A stretch of DNA of 44,867 bases from a virus (Duplodnaviria; Caudoviricetes). The stretch spans positions 1 to 44,867 of IMG/VR virus record IMGVR_UViG_3300024191_000609. One strand, 5' to 3'. A program made the translations under genes and the position numbers. Below the pieces are notes generated by a model. That model was given only the letters and a program-made list of their open reading frames with translations, did not search any database and was not told the origin of the DNA. Below are positions 8,290 to 17,411 of the stretch, piece by piece. The first letter of the stretch is position 1. The number at the start of each line of letters is the position of its first letter.

Positions 8290-9486
8290 ATGTATAAATT
8301 AACTGAAGATTCCATTAATGGAATCAAGATCAACAAAAAGATATTCCAAGAAGAATTATCTGACTGGACAATAAGACACAGAGAATCATTCATTGATGAA
8401 TTGTTTGGTTGGATGGGTGAAGCATTAAGAGCTGGTCGAACAGATGCTGAACTTATGAAAAATGATTTGTTTATGCTTAATGATTGGGAAGATGAATACA
8501 TATTTATTAACATTTCTACAAACATTTATGCAGGAGAAAAACAAGAACGGTTCAATGAAATCTGTGAAGAATTGTTAGAGTTAACACGTAATTTAAAACC
8601 CAAAAATAAAATGAAACACAACAATCCAAACATTACTGCTGAGGTAATAGCAGATAGTATTAACACAAGTGGTAACAGACTTACAAGTTTAGTTATAACT
8701 ATACCACGTATCGTATTGGCTGAGTTCAATACTCATCGAGCTATCAGTAGAAACTCAGCGAGTAGTAGAGCAATACCCTTTAAGAAGATGGTAGAAATGG
8801 TAGAGTCTAATCCTTTTATTCCTACAGCTTTCCAAAAAGAGCATAAAGGAATGCAGGGTACTGAGTACTTTGAAGATATAGATGAACTATGGTCTTTAAA
8901 AGCTAATTGGCTACTTGCAAGAGATGAGGCTGTAAAGCAAGCAAACGCTTTATCTAAAATAGGCTTAACTAAACAACTTTGTAATAGACTACTTGAACCT
9001 TTCATGTATCATAAAATCATCGCTACAGCAACTGAATGGCAGAACTTCATTGCTCTTAGAGCTCATGACCAAGCAGAGATTCACATTCAAGATGCTGCAT
9101 ACAAAGTATTGGATGCATTGAATGATTCAACACCAAAGTTATTACAACCAGGTGAGTGGCATATTCCTTTTGGAGATAGAATTGATGAGGAAAGATTACA
9201 GACCATTATCGATACGATGACGAGTTGGGATAGAGATACGATAAAAGTTAAGATTGCTGCTGCTCGCTGTGCAAGAATATCTTACAATAACTTTGAAGGT
9301 AAAGATGACTATGCTGCTGATATTAAGTTACATGATATGCTTAAAGAATCAGGGCACATGTCGCCAATGGAGCATTTAGCATTTGCTTCAGATAAAGATT
9401 TACAATCTGGAAATTTTATCGGTTTTACTCAGTACAGAAAACTTTTAGCAGGAGAGAATAAATCAGATAGTAGACTAATCAAGTAA
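8290..9486 (+). CDS. thyX: FAD-dependent thymidylate synthase ThyX with in-frame ~107-aa N-terminal extra domain (ThyX core from ATG 8611)
   Basis: AEFNTHRAISRNSASSRAIP motif, KQLCNRLLEPF, ARCARISY, HMSPMEH; track start 8212 lies inside the tRNA-like RNA. Confidence 0.85.
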   Translation: MYKLTEDSINGIKINKKIFQEELSDWTIRHRESFIDELFGWMGEALRAGRTDAELMKNDLFMLNDWEDEYIFINISTNIYAGEKQERFNEICEELLELTRNLKPKNKMKHNNPNITAEVIADSINTSGNRLTSLVITIPRIVLAEFNTHRAISRNSASSRAIPFKKMVEMVESNPFIPTAFQKEHKGMQGTEYFEDIDELWSLKANWLLARDEAVKQANALSKIGLTKQLCNRLLEPFMYHKIIATATEWQNFIALRAHDQAEIHIQDAAYKVLDALNDSTPKLLQPGEWHIPFGDRIDEERLQTIIDTMTSWDRDTIKVKIAAARCARISYNNFEGKDDYAADIKLHDMLKESGHMSPMEHLAFASDKDLQSGNFIGFTQYRKLLAGENKSDSRLIK

Positions 9487-9490
9487 AGCT

Positions 9491-9874
9491 ATGGAAAAAA
9501 GAATTGATTGTAGTGACCTTGTAGGTACATACAACTTAGAAGAAGCCAAAGCATTAGTAGTTACTATACAAAATAGAATAACTCAAGTTATGCGTGAAGA
9601 AGTACTGGAAGAAGACAATGACTTTAAGAGTATGGGTAAACACAAAGCTTTAAAGAGGCACATAAGTATAAGCAGGCTCTATGAGTCAGGCCTACTTGAT
9701 AAATTGCGAGCTAAAGGTTATCACATTGAAGAGTTAGATGAAGGTACTCGTATAGTTATTCTTAAAGAAAACGGTAATAAGATGACTTATTATCCTAAAT
9801 CTGATAAGATGTTGCACCACAGCATTAACAGCTGGGTTAAGCATGCGTTTAGTCAACTTAATAAGTTAGTGTGA
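9491..9874 (+). CDS. hypothetical protein
   Basis: 127-aa ORF. Confidence 0.7.
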   Translation: MEKRIDCSDLVGTYNLEEAKALVVTIQNRITQVMREEVLEEDNDFKSMGKHKALKRHISISRLYESGLLDKLRAKGYHIEELDEGTRIVILKENGNKMTYYPKSDKMLHHSINSWVKHAFSQLNKLV

Positions 9875-10155
9875 GCCAGTATTCAAACATAACAAATCCT
9901 AAGTTAGCACTTGATTTCGTAAGAAAAGAATTTCAAATGCTAACTAGGAATTTTGATTTAATAGATTGGAGAACCGTAAGGAACGCCTTGTATTGGAAAT
10001 CAGCCAATATATTAAATGAACAAAAAAGATGGGAGTTTAAAAACGAACTCATTAGTTATTACAACAACAAAGGAGTACCTATAACAGACTTAAAACAAAT
10101 GACTGGTAGTTACACCATTGTAAAAAGAGAAGATGGTTATGAGTACATCCCTTAG
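9871..10155 (+). CDS. hypothetical protein
   Basis: 94-aa ORF, GTGA overlap. Confidence 0.65.
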   Translation: MSQYSNITNPKLALDFVRKEFQMLTRNFDLIDWRTVRNALYWKSANILNEQKRWEFKNELISYYNNKGVPITDLKQMTGSYTIVKREDGYEYIP

Positions 10156-10330
10156 TTTTAAAGAAGAAAAAGACTTCAAGAACTTTTTGTTTAAAATAAG
10201 CAAACTTGAAAAGAGTAATAAAGAATACATGTGGTGGAATAGTCCGATGGATCACGATAACGTAGACAAGTACTCATCAGATAAAGATCCATTCAATCAT
10301 GCAAAAAAAAGAAAAGGAACGTTCAGATAA
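10133..10330 (+). CDS. hypothetical protein
   Basis: 65-aa ORF. Confidence 0.5.
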   Translation: MVMSTSLSFKEEKDFKNFLFKISKLEKSNKEYMWWNSPMDHDNVDKYSSDKDPFNHAKKRKGTFR

Positions 10331-10398
10331 CCAAGAAGAAAACAAAAAGATAGCAGAAAGACTGCTAAAGTTTAACCAGCAATCCCACAAAGAAAAAG

Positions 10399-10602
10399 AT
10401 GGTGGAGGTAGCAAAAAACCAAATTAAAATGTTATATCAATTATCGCCAAGCGAACAAGCTGACGGTCTAATACGCAAACGTAATACATGGAGGCAACTG
10501 CTTACATTCAGAACTAGAATACAATCATCAAGGTCTGAAGTAAAGAGGCACATCAGATACTGGGAAGAAGTAGATAAACACTTACTAAATAAAAAGAAAT
10601 GA
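10399..10602 (+). CDS. hypothetical protein
   Basis: 67-aa ORF, ATGA overlap with next gene; start uncertain. Confidence 0.55.
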   Translation: MVEVAKNQIKMLYQLSPSEQADGLIRKRNTWRQLLTFRTRIQSSRSEVKRHIRYWEEVDKHLLNKKK

Positions 10603-11105
10603 TAAACCCTTTACATTTTGTATTAGGTATTCTAATGGGAATAGCACTAACATTGTCAATATCGTTAATAGCGTATGTAGTTAAAAAACCTAACATAGTA
10701 GTACCTAGTGTAGCTAAAAAGCATCAACAAGAAATTGTTTCTAAAGAAGAACCTTTCAGTAAAGAACTTCTAGTAGAGTACATTGAGCAACTTAACATTA
10801 GATTCCCTAGGGTAGTGTTAGCTCAAGCTCGTATAGAGTCAGGTAACTTTAAGTCTAACCTATTTAAAAACAACAAGAACCTTTTTGGTATGAAGGTAGC
10901 TAGGAGAAGACCTACTACTGCACTAGTGTCAGACAGCGACTTTGCTAAGTATGACTCGTGGAAAGAATCCGTATTGGACTATGCGTTAATGCAGGCGCGT
11001 TACTATCATCACATCACATCAGAGTCAGCATACCTAGAAGCATTACAGTCAGCATACTGCCAAGAAAATAATTACATTGATAAACTTAAAAGTTGCATCA
11101 AATGA
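10599..11105 (+). CDS. membrane-anchored glucosaminidase (GH73-like) peptidoglycan hydrolase
   Basis: N-terminal TM; VVLAQARIESG, NLFGMK, YDSWKESVLDY motifs. Confidence 0.8.
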   Translation: MINPLHFVLGILMGIALTLSISLIAYVVKKPNIVVPSVAKKHQQEIVSKEEPFSKELLVEYIEQLNIRFPRVVLAQARIESGNFKSNLFKNNKNLFGMKVARRRPTTALVSDSDFAKYDSWKESVLDYALMQARYYHHITSESAYLEALQSAYCQENNYIDKLKSCIK

Positions 11106-11284
11106 AAAACCCTTTTATATTAACAGTAATATGCATTATTCTAATCATGTTAGCAGGACTCACAATAAGTTATTACCCAGCATTAAGATTATGGTTATTC
11201 TTTTTAGTTGTAATACCAAGTTGTTTTGCATTAGCAGGATTAGCATTTGTTATAGTAGTAAGTAATACAAACAAACCAAGATGA
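11102..11284 (+). CDS. small two-TM membrane protein
   Basis: 60 aa, almost entirely hydrophobic; ATGA-coupled. Confidence 0.65.
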   Translation: MKNPFILTVICIILIMLAGLTISYYPALRLWLFFLVVIPSCFALAGLAFVIVVSNTNKPR

Positions 11285-11691
11285 CTGAAGAAAACGAAGT
11301 AAACCTTATAATCGATAAGCTTGAAGTTGTAAGTAAAAAAAGAAGAAGAGAACTCCTATGGTTCTTTATTGAACGAGTTAGCAGCTCTGATAAAGATAGA
11401 ATTGTAGATTTCCTGAATTACAAGAAAGTAAATATGGATAGCAACAATATAGCAGAAGGGGATTATGTTTTAGTTCCTTTAGGTATATCAGTGTATCCTA
11501 GTTTAAACAGGGAAGCTTATGAAAAAAGAGATTTAATTGACAAACAAGATCAAGTAAGGGTAAAAGTTGTTAAGATTAGCCCTATTGAGTCTTATTGCTG
11601 GATTGAAGCATATACAGGTTTAAACATAGTATCGCAAATAAAGACGTACAATAGTAATTTACCTAAGCAAGAAGACTTATTTGATTTGTAA
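11281..11691 (+). CDS. hypothetical protein
   Basis: 136-aa ORF. Confidence 0.7.
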   Translation: MTEENEVNLIIDKLEVVSKKRRRELLWFFIERVSSSDKDRIVDFLNYKKVNMDSNNIAEGDYVLVPLGISVYPSLNREAYEKRDLIDKQDQVRVKVVKISPIESYCWIEAYTGLNIVSQIKTYNSNLPKQEDLFDL

Positions 11692-11711
11692 CTTTAGAAA
11701 AAAGTTATCAA

Positions 11712-11966
11712 GTGCTCATATATCAACTCCCAAGCGGTAAAATAGTAAACCTTTCGATAGAAACCTTTTTAAGGATGTCGGAAGATGACTTGAAGTACAT
11801 GGAAGAAAGAAACATGGGTAGCTCTTGTGCCTCACACTCCCTTGATATTAAAGACTCTGACCTAGAGCAAATGAACATCCAGGAGGATGTAGAATTAGAA
11901 ATTGACATAACAACACTGGATCCAGACATGTTTCCAATGAATGATATGTCATCAGAAGAAGAATAA
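11712..11966 (+). CDS. acidic hypothetical protein
   Basis: 84 aa, GTG start, D/E-rich C-terminus. Confidence 0.7.
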   Translation: MLIYQLPSGKIVNLSIETFLRMSEDDLKYMEERNMGSSCASHSLDIKDSDLEQMNIQEDVELEIDITTLDPDMFPMNDMSSEEE

Positions 11967-11987
11967 AAACCAACAAATTTTATTGAT

Positions 11988-12446
11988 ATGAAAACTGAAA
12001 GATTTAATAGCTTACAGGGATTAATGTATTCCGGTAAGTTAGAAGCAAAGCAATTCGCTAATGAATCAAAAGTGGTAGACTATGGTAGTCTATCTAAAGT
12101 ACAAAATGAATTGTACAAAAGATGTCTAATGGGATTAGATTATTACACACCTCAAGAACTTTATGTAATGAACAGTGCTAAGAAAACTAAAATCTTTAAG
12201 CGTCACAAAGCTGTTCAACAATCCATTAACATCTGGAAACAAAAGCTTAGCATAGAAAAAACAAACGCATGGTTGACTGCATTATTTCCAAATTCAGAAT
12301 TAATTTCCGATATTTGCAATGATGATTCAGTCAGTAAAAAGTTCATTAACAAATTGTCTTTTAAAGAATTAGGAATAAAAAGAAAAGAAGTTATTGAAAA
12401 GTTAATTGATGAACATTTTTTACCAAAAAACTTTGCAACTCTATGA
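11988..12446 (+). CDS. hypothetical protein
   Basis: 152-aa ORF. Confidence 0.75.
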   Translation: MKTERFNSLQGLMYSGKLEAKQFANESKVVDYGSLSKVQNELYKRCLMGLDYYTPQELYVMNSAKKTKIFKRHKAVQQSINIWKQKLSIEKTNAWLTALFPNSELISDICNDDSVSKKFINKLSFKELGIKRKEVIEKLIDEHFLPKNFATL

Positions 12447-12838
12447 AATTAAAGACCTGTAACGGATGTGGAAATGAAAGACCAATCTTTAAAAATAAGA
12501 TGGTAGATGGTGAACGATTCAGACTATGCCAATCATGTGCTAGAAAAGAACACGTTCAGCTTAAACCCACTACGAAACAGATCAAAAAAAGAAGTGATAA
12601 AAAAGTTATGGAGGATAGGATATACACTGTCCTCCGTAATAAATATTTAACCAACAATCCTAATTGCGAAATCAATACTGCTAATTGTACTACTGTAGGA
12701 ACAGAGATACATCACACAGCGTATCGTACTGGAGAAAATTACTTGGATACAAACACATGGAAAACAAGTTGTAGAACTTGTCATACTTGGGTCCACAGTA
12801 ATCCAATAGAAGCAAGAGAGTTAGGATTATTAAATTAA
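12443..12838 (+). CDS. Zn-finger HNH nuclease-like protein
   Basis: CNGC...CQSC ribbon; CEI...C...EIHH...N...CRTCHTWVH. Confidence 0.75.
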   Translation: MKLKTCNGCGNERPIFKNKMVDGERFRLCQSCARKEHVQLKPTTKQIKKRSDKKVMEDRIYTVLRNKYLTNNPNCEINTANCTTVGTEIHHTAYRTGENYLDTNTWKTSCRTCHTWVHSNPIEARELGLLN

Positions 12839-12842
12839 AATT

Positions 12843-13937
12843 ATGAACCAAAAAGACATCATACAAGCCAAGTGCCTAGAAGCAATAGGTGATCAAAAGT
12901 ATGCATGTGCTGTATTAGGAACTGGTGCTGGTAAAACTAGACTTGGCTTAAAACATATGGTAAAACAATTTAGAAGTTACTCAAAGTTTCTAGTTGTTGT
13001 GCCTAAGTTATCTGTTAAACAAGAATGGATTAATCAAGCACGAGAAGCTGACTTACAGTACATCTTAGACCGTATAACATTTGTTACATATTTATCGTTA
13101 CATAAAGAATCATTCGATTATGATTACGTTTATTGCGATGAGTCACACAATGCTAAAAAGAAGCACGGTGATTGGTTAAGAAGGTATCAAGGTCCTGTAT
13201 TAGGACTTACCGGAACTTACCCAAGATATGCAAGCTCAGAAGCAGGTGTTACATCAGCTGAGTTTTTCCCTAAAACTTATGAGTACAGTATAAAAGATGG
13301 TATAGCAGACAACATGCTAAACGATTACAAAATCTATGTACACATGCTTCCTTTAAGTAGAAACAAAAACATTCCAACAAGAAGAGGAAGTATGAGTGAA
13401 GTAGACTCGTACAACATGCACTGTAAATCTGTAGATACTGCAAATGGAAAAAGCGTAATGATGAAAAGAATCATGCGTATGAAAGCTATGCAAGGGTATG
13501 AAACGAAAGTGTTGTATGCTAAAAGGCTATTAGAACAACAAGTAGATAAAACTTTAGTCTTTACCGATTACACAGACCAAGCAGATAGGATATGTAAGTA
13601 CACCTTTCATTCCAAAAATAGATTCTCTAAAGAAAACTTCAACATGTTTTTAACTGGAGATATAAACAAGTTAGCATCAGTACAACAAATAGCTGAAGGA
13701 GCTAACATCCCCAACTTAAAAGTTGGAATCATAACTCATGCTTACGCCAATGAAAAAAAACTCGCCCAAAAAATTGGTAGGTTTTTAAGATTAAACCCAA
13801 ACGATACATCAATAATTCATATATTATGTTATCAAAACACAATTGACGTTAAATGGGTTAAGAGTGCGTTAAAGGATTTCAACAGTAAAAAGATTTTTAA
13901 ATATGACACATCAAAAACAATTGGTATTACACAATGA
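12843..13937 (+). CDS. superfamily 2 (DExH) helicase
   Basis: GTGAGKT, DESH, LTGT, QKIGRFLR motifs. Confidence 0.9.
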   Translation: MNQKDIIQAKCLEAIGDQKYACAVLGTGAGKTRLGLKHMVKQFRSYSKFLVVVPKLSVKQEWINQAREADLQYILDRITFVTYLSLHKESFDYDYVYCDESHNAKKKHGDWLRRYQGPVLGLTGTYPRYASSEAGVTSAEFFPKTYEYSIKDGIADNMLNDYKIYVHMLPLSRNKNIPTRRGSMSEVDSYNMHCKSVDTANGKSVMMKRIMRMKAMQGYETKVLYAKRLLEQQVDKTLVFTDYTDQADRICKYTFHSKNRFSKENFNMFLTGDINKLASVQQIAEGANIPNLKVGIITHAYANEKKLAQKIGRFLRLNPNDTSIIHILCYQNTIDVKWVKSALKDFNSKKIFKYDTSKTIGITQ

Positions 13938-14139
13938 TGATAAGCATGACGTTAACTTCGTTAGAGCTTGTCTAATACGTTATTGCAAGCACGATTTCAC
14001 TCAGGCTGAACAATGTGTTATAATCACTCATGGTGTAGGGAAATGTAGCGTTAAACAAGGTGACATAATGGACTTATTAGAAATCCAAAAATCACTAGAA
14101 GAAAACGGATTGAAAACAGAATTAATATCTATGAACTAA
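13903..14139 (+). CDS. clpS: ClpS-like adaptor protein
   Basis: LVLHNDDKH..FV...L..YCKH...QAEQC..ITH..GKC.VK matches the ClpS core. Confidence 0.75.
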   Translation: MTHQKQLVLHNDDKHDVNFVRACLIRYCKHDFTQAEQCVIITHGVGKCSVKQGDIMDLLEIQKSLEENGLKTELISMN

Positions 14140-14441
14140 TGAACGTAGAACCTTTTAAAGTTAAGTGTGTCGATGATACAAAAATTCCTGCTAATATTCC
14201 AAAAGAATTGCATGTTAAGGAAGGTGAGGTTTACACTGCAGACAGTGTTGTGCACTTACTATCATCACCCATCATTGGCTTAAAACTAATCGAAAAACCG
14301 TTAGGTGAAGAATGTTTCCCATATCATTATTGGGGCATACATCGCTTTGAACCTTATGATGAATCGCTAGAAGAAAAGCTAGAAGAATTGATGGATGAAG
14401 TACAAGAACTCATTAAACCAGATGTAACACATGGAGCGTAG
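14139..14441 (+). CDS. hypothetical protein
   Basis: 100-aa ORF, TAATG-coupled. Confidence 0.7.
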   Translation: MNVEPFKVKCVDDTKIPANIPKELHVKEGEVYTADSVVHLLSSPIIGLKLIEKPLGEECFPYHYWGIHRFEPYDESLEEKLEELMDEVQELIKPDVTHGA

Positions 14442-14772
14442 CAGAGATTGGCATAGGAAAGTATCTATCATGGTAAATGGTGGTTGCTCTCCTATCCAAA
14501 TTGCTGACATACTAAAAGACACCACAGAAGATGAAGTAAGGAAATCAATCCTTGTACATCAAGAAGATACATTGTGGTATGTAAATACAATGTTTGAAGG
14601 TAAGGCTTACCTTGGACATAAAACCGAATCATGTTTGGATGAAGAAATCATGTTAAATGGTTATCCAGACTATTCATATAAAAATTTGACAAAAGATGAA
14701 AAATCTATCTACAACGGTGAACCATGGGTTGATAAACCTGTTGTATTATCCGGAATCAAAAAAACAAGCTAA
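14431..14772 (+). CDS. hypothetical protein
   Basis: 113-aa ORF. Confidence 0.6.
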   Translation: MERSRDWHRKVSIMVNGGCSPIQIADILKDTTEDEVRKSILVHQEDTLWYVNTMFEGKAYLGHKTESCLDEEIMLNGYPDYSYKNLTKDEKSIYNGEPWVDKPVVLSGIKKTS

Positions 14773-15130
14773 AACTTTATACTTGAGTCACCCTGTTTAC
14801 ATTAAGTTCAACGCTTATTTTAAACGTTATAAGGGAAGAGATAAATATTACATTGCTATGAAGTATCATGCAATCCAAATAATGCTTAAGCTAGAACTTA
14901 CAAGTGAACAAATGAAAGAGTGCTTTGATTTAAAATCACACTCAACAATCTTAAATATTAAGAACAAGTACGAAAAGAAAAGGCATCACGATAGTTTCAT
15001 TGCTGAAAACTTTGATAACTACGTGGAAAACTTCATATACCCTTTGGCTGTAAGAAGTCACAACTGGGCTATAGAAAGAAAGTATAATTATAAACCCACA
15101 ATTATAAATAAAAATGGCGAAAAACAATAA
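14696..15130 (+). CDS. hypothetical protein, possible HTH
   Basis: 144-aa ORF; SHSTIL motif; start uncertain. Confidence 0.55.
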   Translation: MKNLSTTVNHGLINLLYYPESKKQAKTLYLSHPVYIKFNAYFKRYKGRDKYYIAMKYHAIQIMLKLELTSEQMKECFDLKSHSTILNIKNKYEKKRHHDSFIAENFDNYVENFIYPLAVRSHNWAIERKYNYKPTIINKNGEKQ

Positions 15131-15236
15131 ACATAGGAATCGACAGCAGTTACACATCACAGTAAACCGACTAAGCTTTATTGAAGTAAGAAGTAATTAC
15201 GGTAAGAAACCAACATGTAATCCTGAATTTGAATAA
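15114..15236 (+). CDS. small hypothetical protein (40 aa)
   Basis: MAKNNKHRNR...PEFE*, fills gap, TAATG-coupled to next gene. Confidence 0.45.
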   Translation: MAKNNKHRNRQQLHITVNRLSFIEVRSNYGKKPTCNPEFE

Positions 15237-15799
15237 TGGCTAACTGGTGTTCAAATACAATAACATTTTCAGGAACTCCTGATAAGATAAAACCATTGGA
15301 AACAATGTTTAAAAAAATGGTTAAGTTAGAAAATGAAACTAACCATGGTCAGCTACCATTCTTCATGGATAAAGCTATAGAAGGATGGTTTCATGACATA
15401 TACATACAAGAGGTTGACACAAACGAACCAGATCATTCTTTCATTGCGGTTCAATACTCATCAAAGTACAATCCAAACATAGATGATTGTGTATTCATAT
15501 CAGAAACATTAAAGCTGGACTTTGTATTATGCTATGAAGAAACAGGTAATTATATTTACGGTGAGGTAAAATATGAAAATGGTATAGTTCAAGTAAGAGA
15601 TCTTGAAGAAGAAGACTTCAAGAAAGCAGCCTATTATGTTAATAACAAAATCGATGCTACGTCTGATGAAGCAGTGGGTCCAATATCTGATTTATCAGAA
15701 GAACAAATTGACAAGCTTGATGAAGATGGTTGGTATGAAGATACAAACTTTGAAAAACTAGATGAACTTCTGGAAGAAAAAGAATGGACTGCTCAATAA
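15236..15799 (+). CDS. DUF1281/YubB-like ferredoxin-fold protein
   Basis: MANWCSNTITFSG start and Y.SKY.P...YEETG motif. Confidence 0.6.
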   Translation: MANWCSNTITFSGTPDKIKPLETMFKKMVKLENETNHGQLPFFMDKAIEGWFHDIYIQEVDTNEPDHSFIAVQYSSKYNPNIDDCVFISETLKLDFVLCYEETGNYIYGEVKYENGIVQVRDLEEEDFKKAAYYVNNKIDATSDEAVGPISDLSEEQIDKLDEDGWYEDTNFEKLDELLEEKEWTAQ

Positions 15800-15812
15800 T
15801 CTTTGTTATATT

Positions 15813-16181
15813 ATGATAAGCACAACTGTAAAAGAAATGGCAAATCATAAGTACGACTATCAATGGATAGCAATGAGGTTAGAGTTTTTAATTGAGAACT
15901 CAATGGTTTATATAGATAGACCTAGTTTAAAAATTAAATATTGTGATGAAGAATATCTCATCTCGATGACTGAAGAAGCTAATGAAGTGCTAGAAACTTT
16001 CACAGTTTACTACATCAAGACTCACATTCAACGCTTCTCTTATCTTCCTAAAGATTTTCCAAAGTTCAGTGACTATGCTAAGCAAACCATTTCAGATTTA
16101 GTATCTCAAAAATTAAAATTAATCGAAGATGAATGCATTAGTCATTTTAAAATAGCGTATGAAAAAGACATGCCTAGTTAA
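15813..16181 (+). CDS. hypothetical protein
   Basis: ATG 15813 preferred. Confidence 0.6.
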   Translation: MISTTVKEMANHKYDYQWIAMRLEFLIENSMVYIDRPSLKIKYCDEEYLISMTEEANEVLETFTVYYIKTHIQRFSYLPKDFPKFSDYAKQTISDLVSQKLKLIEDECISHFKIAYEKDMPS

Positions 16182-16551
16182 ATTCAAAAAAGTAAATGGT
16201 AAGTTCCTTCCAAAAGACGGACTTATGAAACACAGATTTAAAACATTCATTGAAGGTCTTACAGAAGACGATGAAATTGAATGCATATTCGAAGCTAACG
16301 AGCCTGATAATACAAAGGCTCAGTTAGCTAAGATACATGTGATGATTAAAGAAATCGCAGATGAAACTGGTGAGGACCAGAAAGAAACCAAGAAAGACAT
16401 CAAAGATAGATGTGGATTAACACACTATATTGATGGAAAAAAGGTCTACAAATCGTTTGCAGACCAATCAAGAGAACAATTATCAGATGTAATTGAAAAG
16501 CTTTATTTAATAGGAGAGTTTGTAGGAATAAACTTTAAGAAGGATCTTTAG
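16159..16551 (+). CDS. NinB/YbcN-like protein
   Basis: AQLAKIHVMIKEIADETG...KSFADQSREQLSDVIE. Confidence 0.55.
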   Translation: MKKTCLVKFKKVNGKFLPKDGLMKHRFKTFIEGLTEDDEIECIFEANEPDNTKAQLAKIHVMIKEIADETGEDQKETKKDIKDRCGLTHYIDGKKVYKSFADQSREQLSDVIEKLYLIGEFVGINFKKDL

Positions 16552-16825
16552 AATCTTCTACTACAATCTCGATAGTTTCTACTTGCTTATTAGCTACAGC
16601 AGTACGTTCAACTTCAGCGATTATATCAAGTAAAATCTTAAGAGTATATTCATGCCCTTCAAGTTTATCTGGTTCATCTGTTACTTTAATAAAGAAAGCT
16701 TTGGAATCTTCCAACTCTTCTATTAAAGATAGCGTATGATTCTTAATTGCATAGTATGCATTAGAACTTACATCAATCTTAATGATTGATTCTCTTTTAA
16801 CAATTTCAACTTTATTAGAACTCAT
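16535..16825 (-). CDS. hypothetical protein (only minus-strand gene in this block)
   Basis: 96 aa from ATG at 16825; fills the + strand gap 16552-16823. Confidence 0.7.
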   Translation of the reverse strand: MSSNKVEIVKRESIIKIDVSSNAYYAIKNHTLSLIEELEDSKAFFIKVTDEPDKLEGHEYTLKILLDIIAEVERTAVANKQVETIEIVVEDSKDPS

Positions 16826-17396
16826 GAGTAACGATTTAAAAATCAAAGATATTAATAATAAACTTAAAATCAAGCTGGAAACATCCACTTGGTCAGAGTT
16901 TTTAGTTAGTTACGTTGAAGGAACAGCACATTACAATTTCATGGATCATTTGTTATCCCAATTAAGTAATGGAGTTAAGTTCCAACCACCATTAAAGAAC
17001 TGGTTCACTGAATTTTTCAGAGTGGATTTCAACAAAGTGAAACTAATTGTTGTGTCAGCAGAACAGTCAGTTCCATTCTTAATAGATGATGAAACATTTC
17101 ATTTAGTAACTAACAGAACTCACAGTGATGAGTCAACGACAGATCATGGAATGTATTGGAACATATTTAACGAAGTATTTTTTGAGTTCTTAGAAGAGAA
17201 CAGCAAGAAAGTACCTGTTATTTTTATCAATCCAACTACATATCCGTATGCAAAGAAGCTGCATAAAGAAAGTAAAAAATTCTTTTTACCGGAAAGTTCA
17301 AGCACCTTTTGGCAAGATGAAGAAAACCTGAAAAATGTTTTTAAAAATGCTAACTTAATCATTAAGTCACAAGGAAATTCTGAATTAATTTCGTAA
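16824..17396 (+). CDS. uracil-DNA glycosylase-like protein, apparently degenerate
   Basis: W...L...FQPPLKNWF..F..VDFNKVKLIVV resembles the UNG N-terminus but GQDPY is absent. Confidence 0.55.
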   Translation: MSNDLKIKDINNKLKIKLETSTWSEFLVSYVEGTAHYNFMDHLLSQLSNGVKFQPPLKNWFTEFFRVDFNKVKLIVVSAEQSVPFLIDDETFHLVTNRTHSDESTTDHGMYWNIFNEVFFEFLEENSKKVPVIFINPTTYPYAKKLHKESKKFFLPESSSTFWQDEENLKNVFKNANLIIKSQGNSELIS

Positions 17397-17401
17397 ATTT
17401 G
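17394..17401 (+). promoter_or_regulatory. Bacteroidota-type -7 promoter element
   Basis: TAAATTTG fits TAnnTTTG, 10 nt before ATG 17412. Confidence 0.6.
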
Positions 17402-17411
17402 TAGCCCCGAT

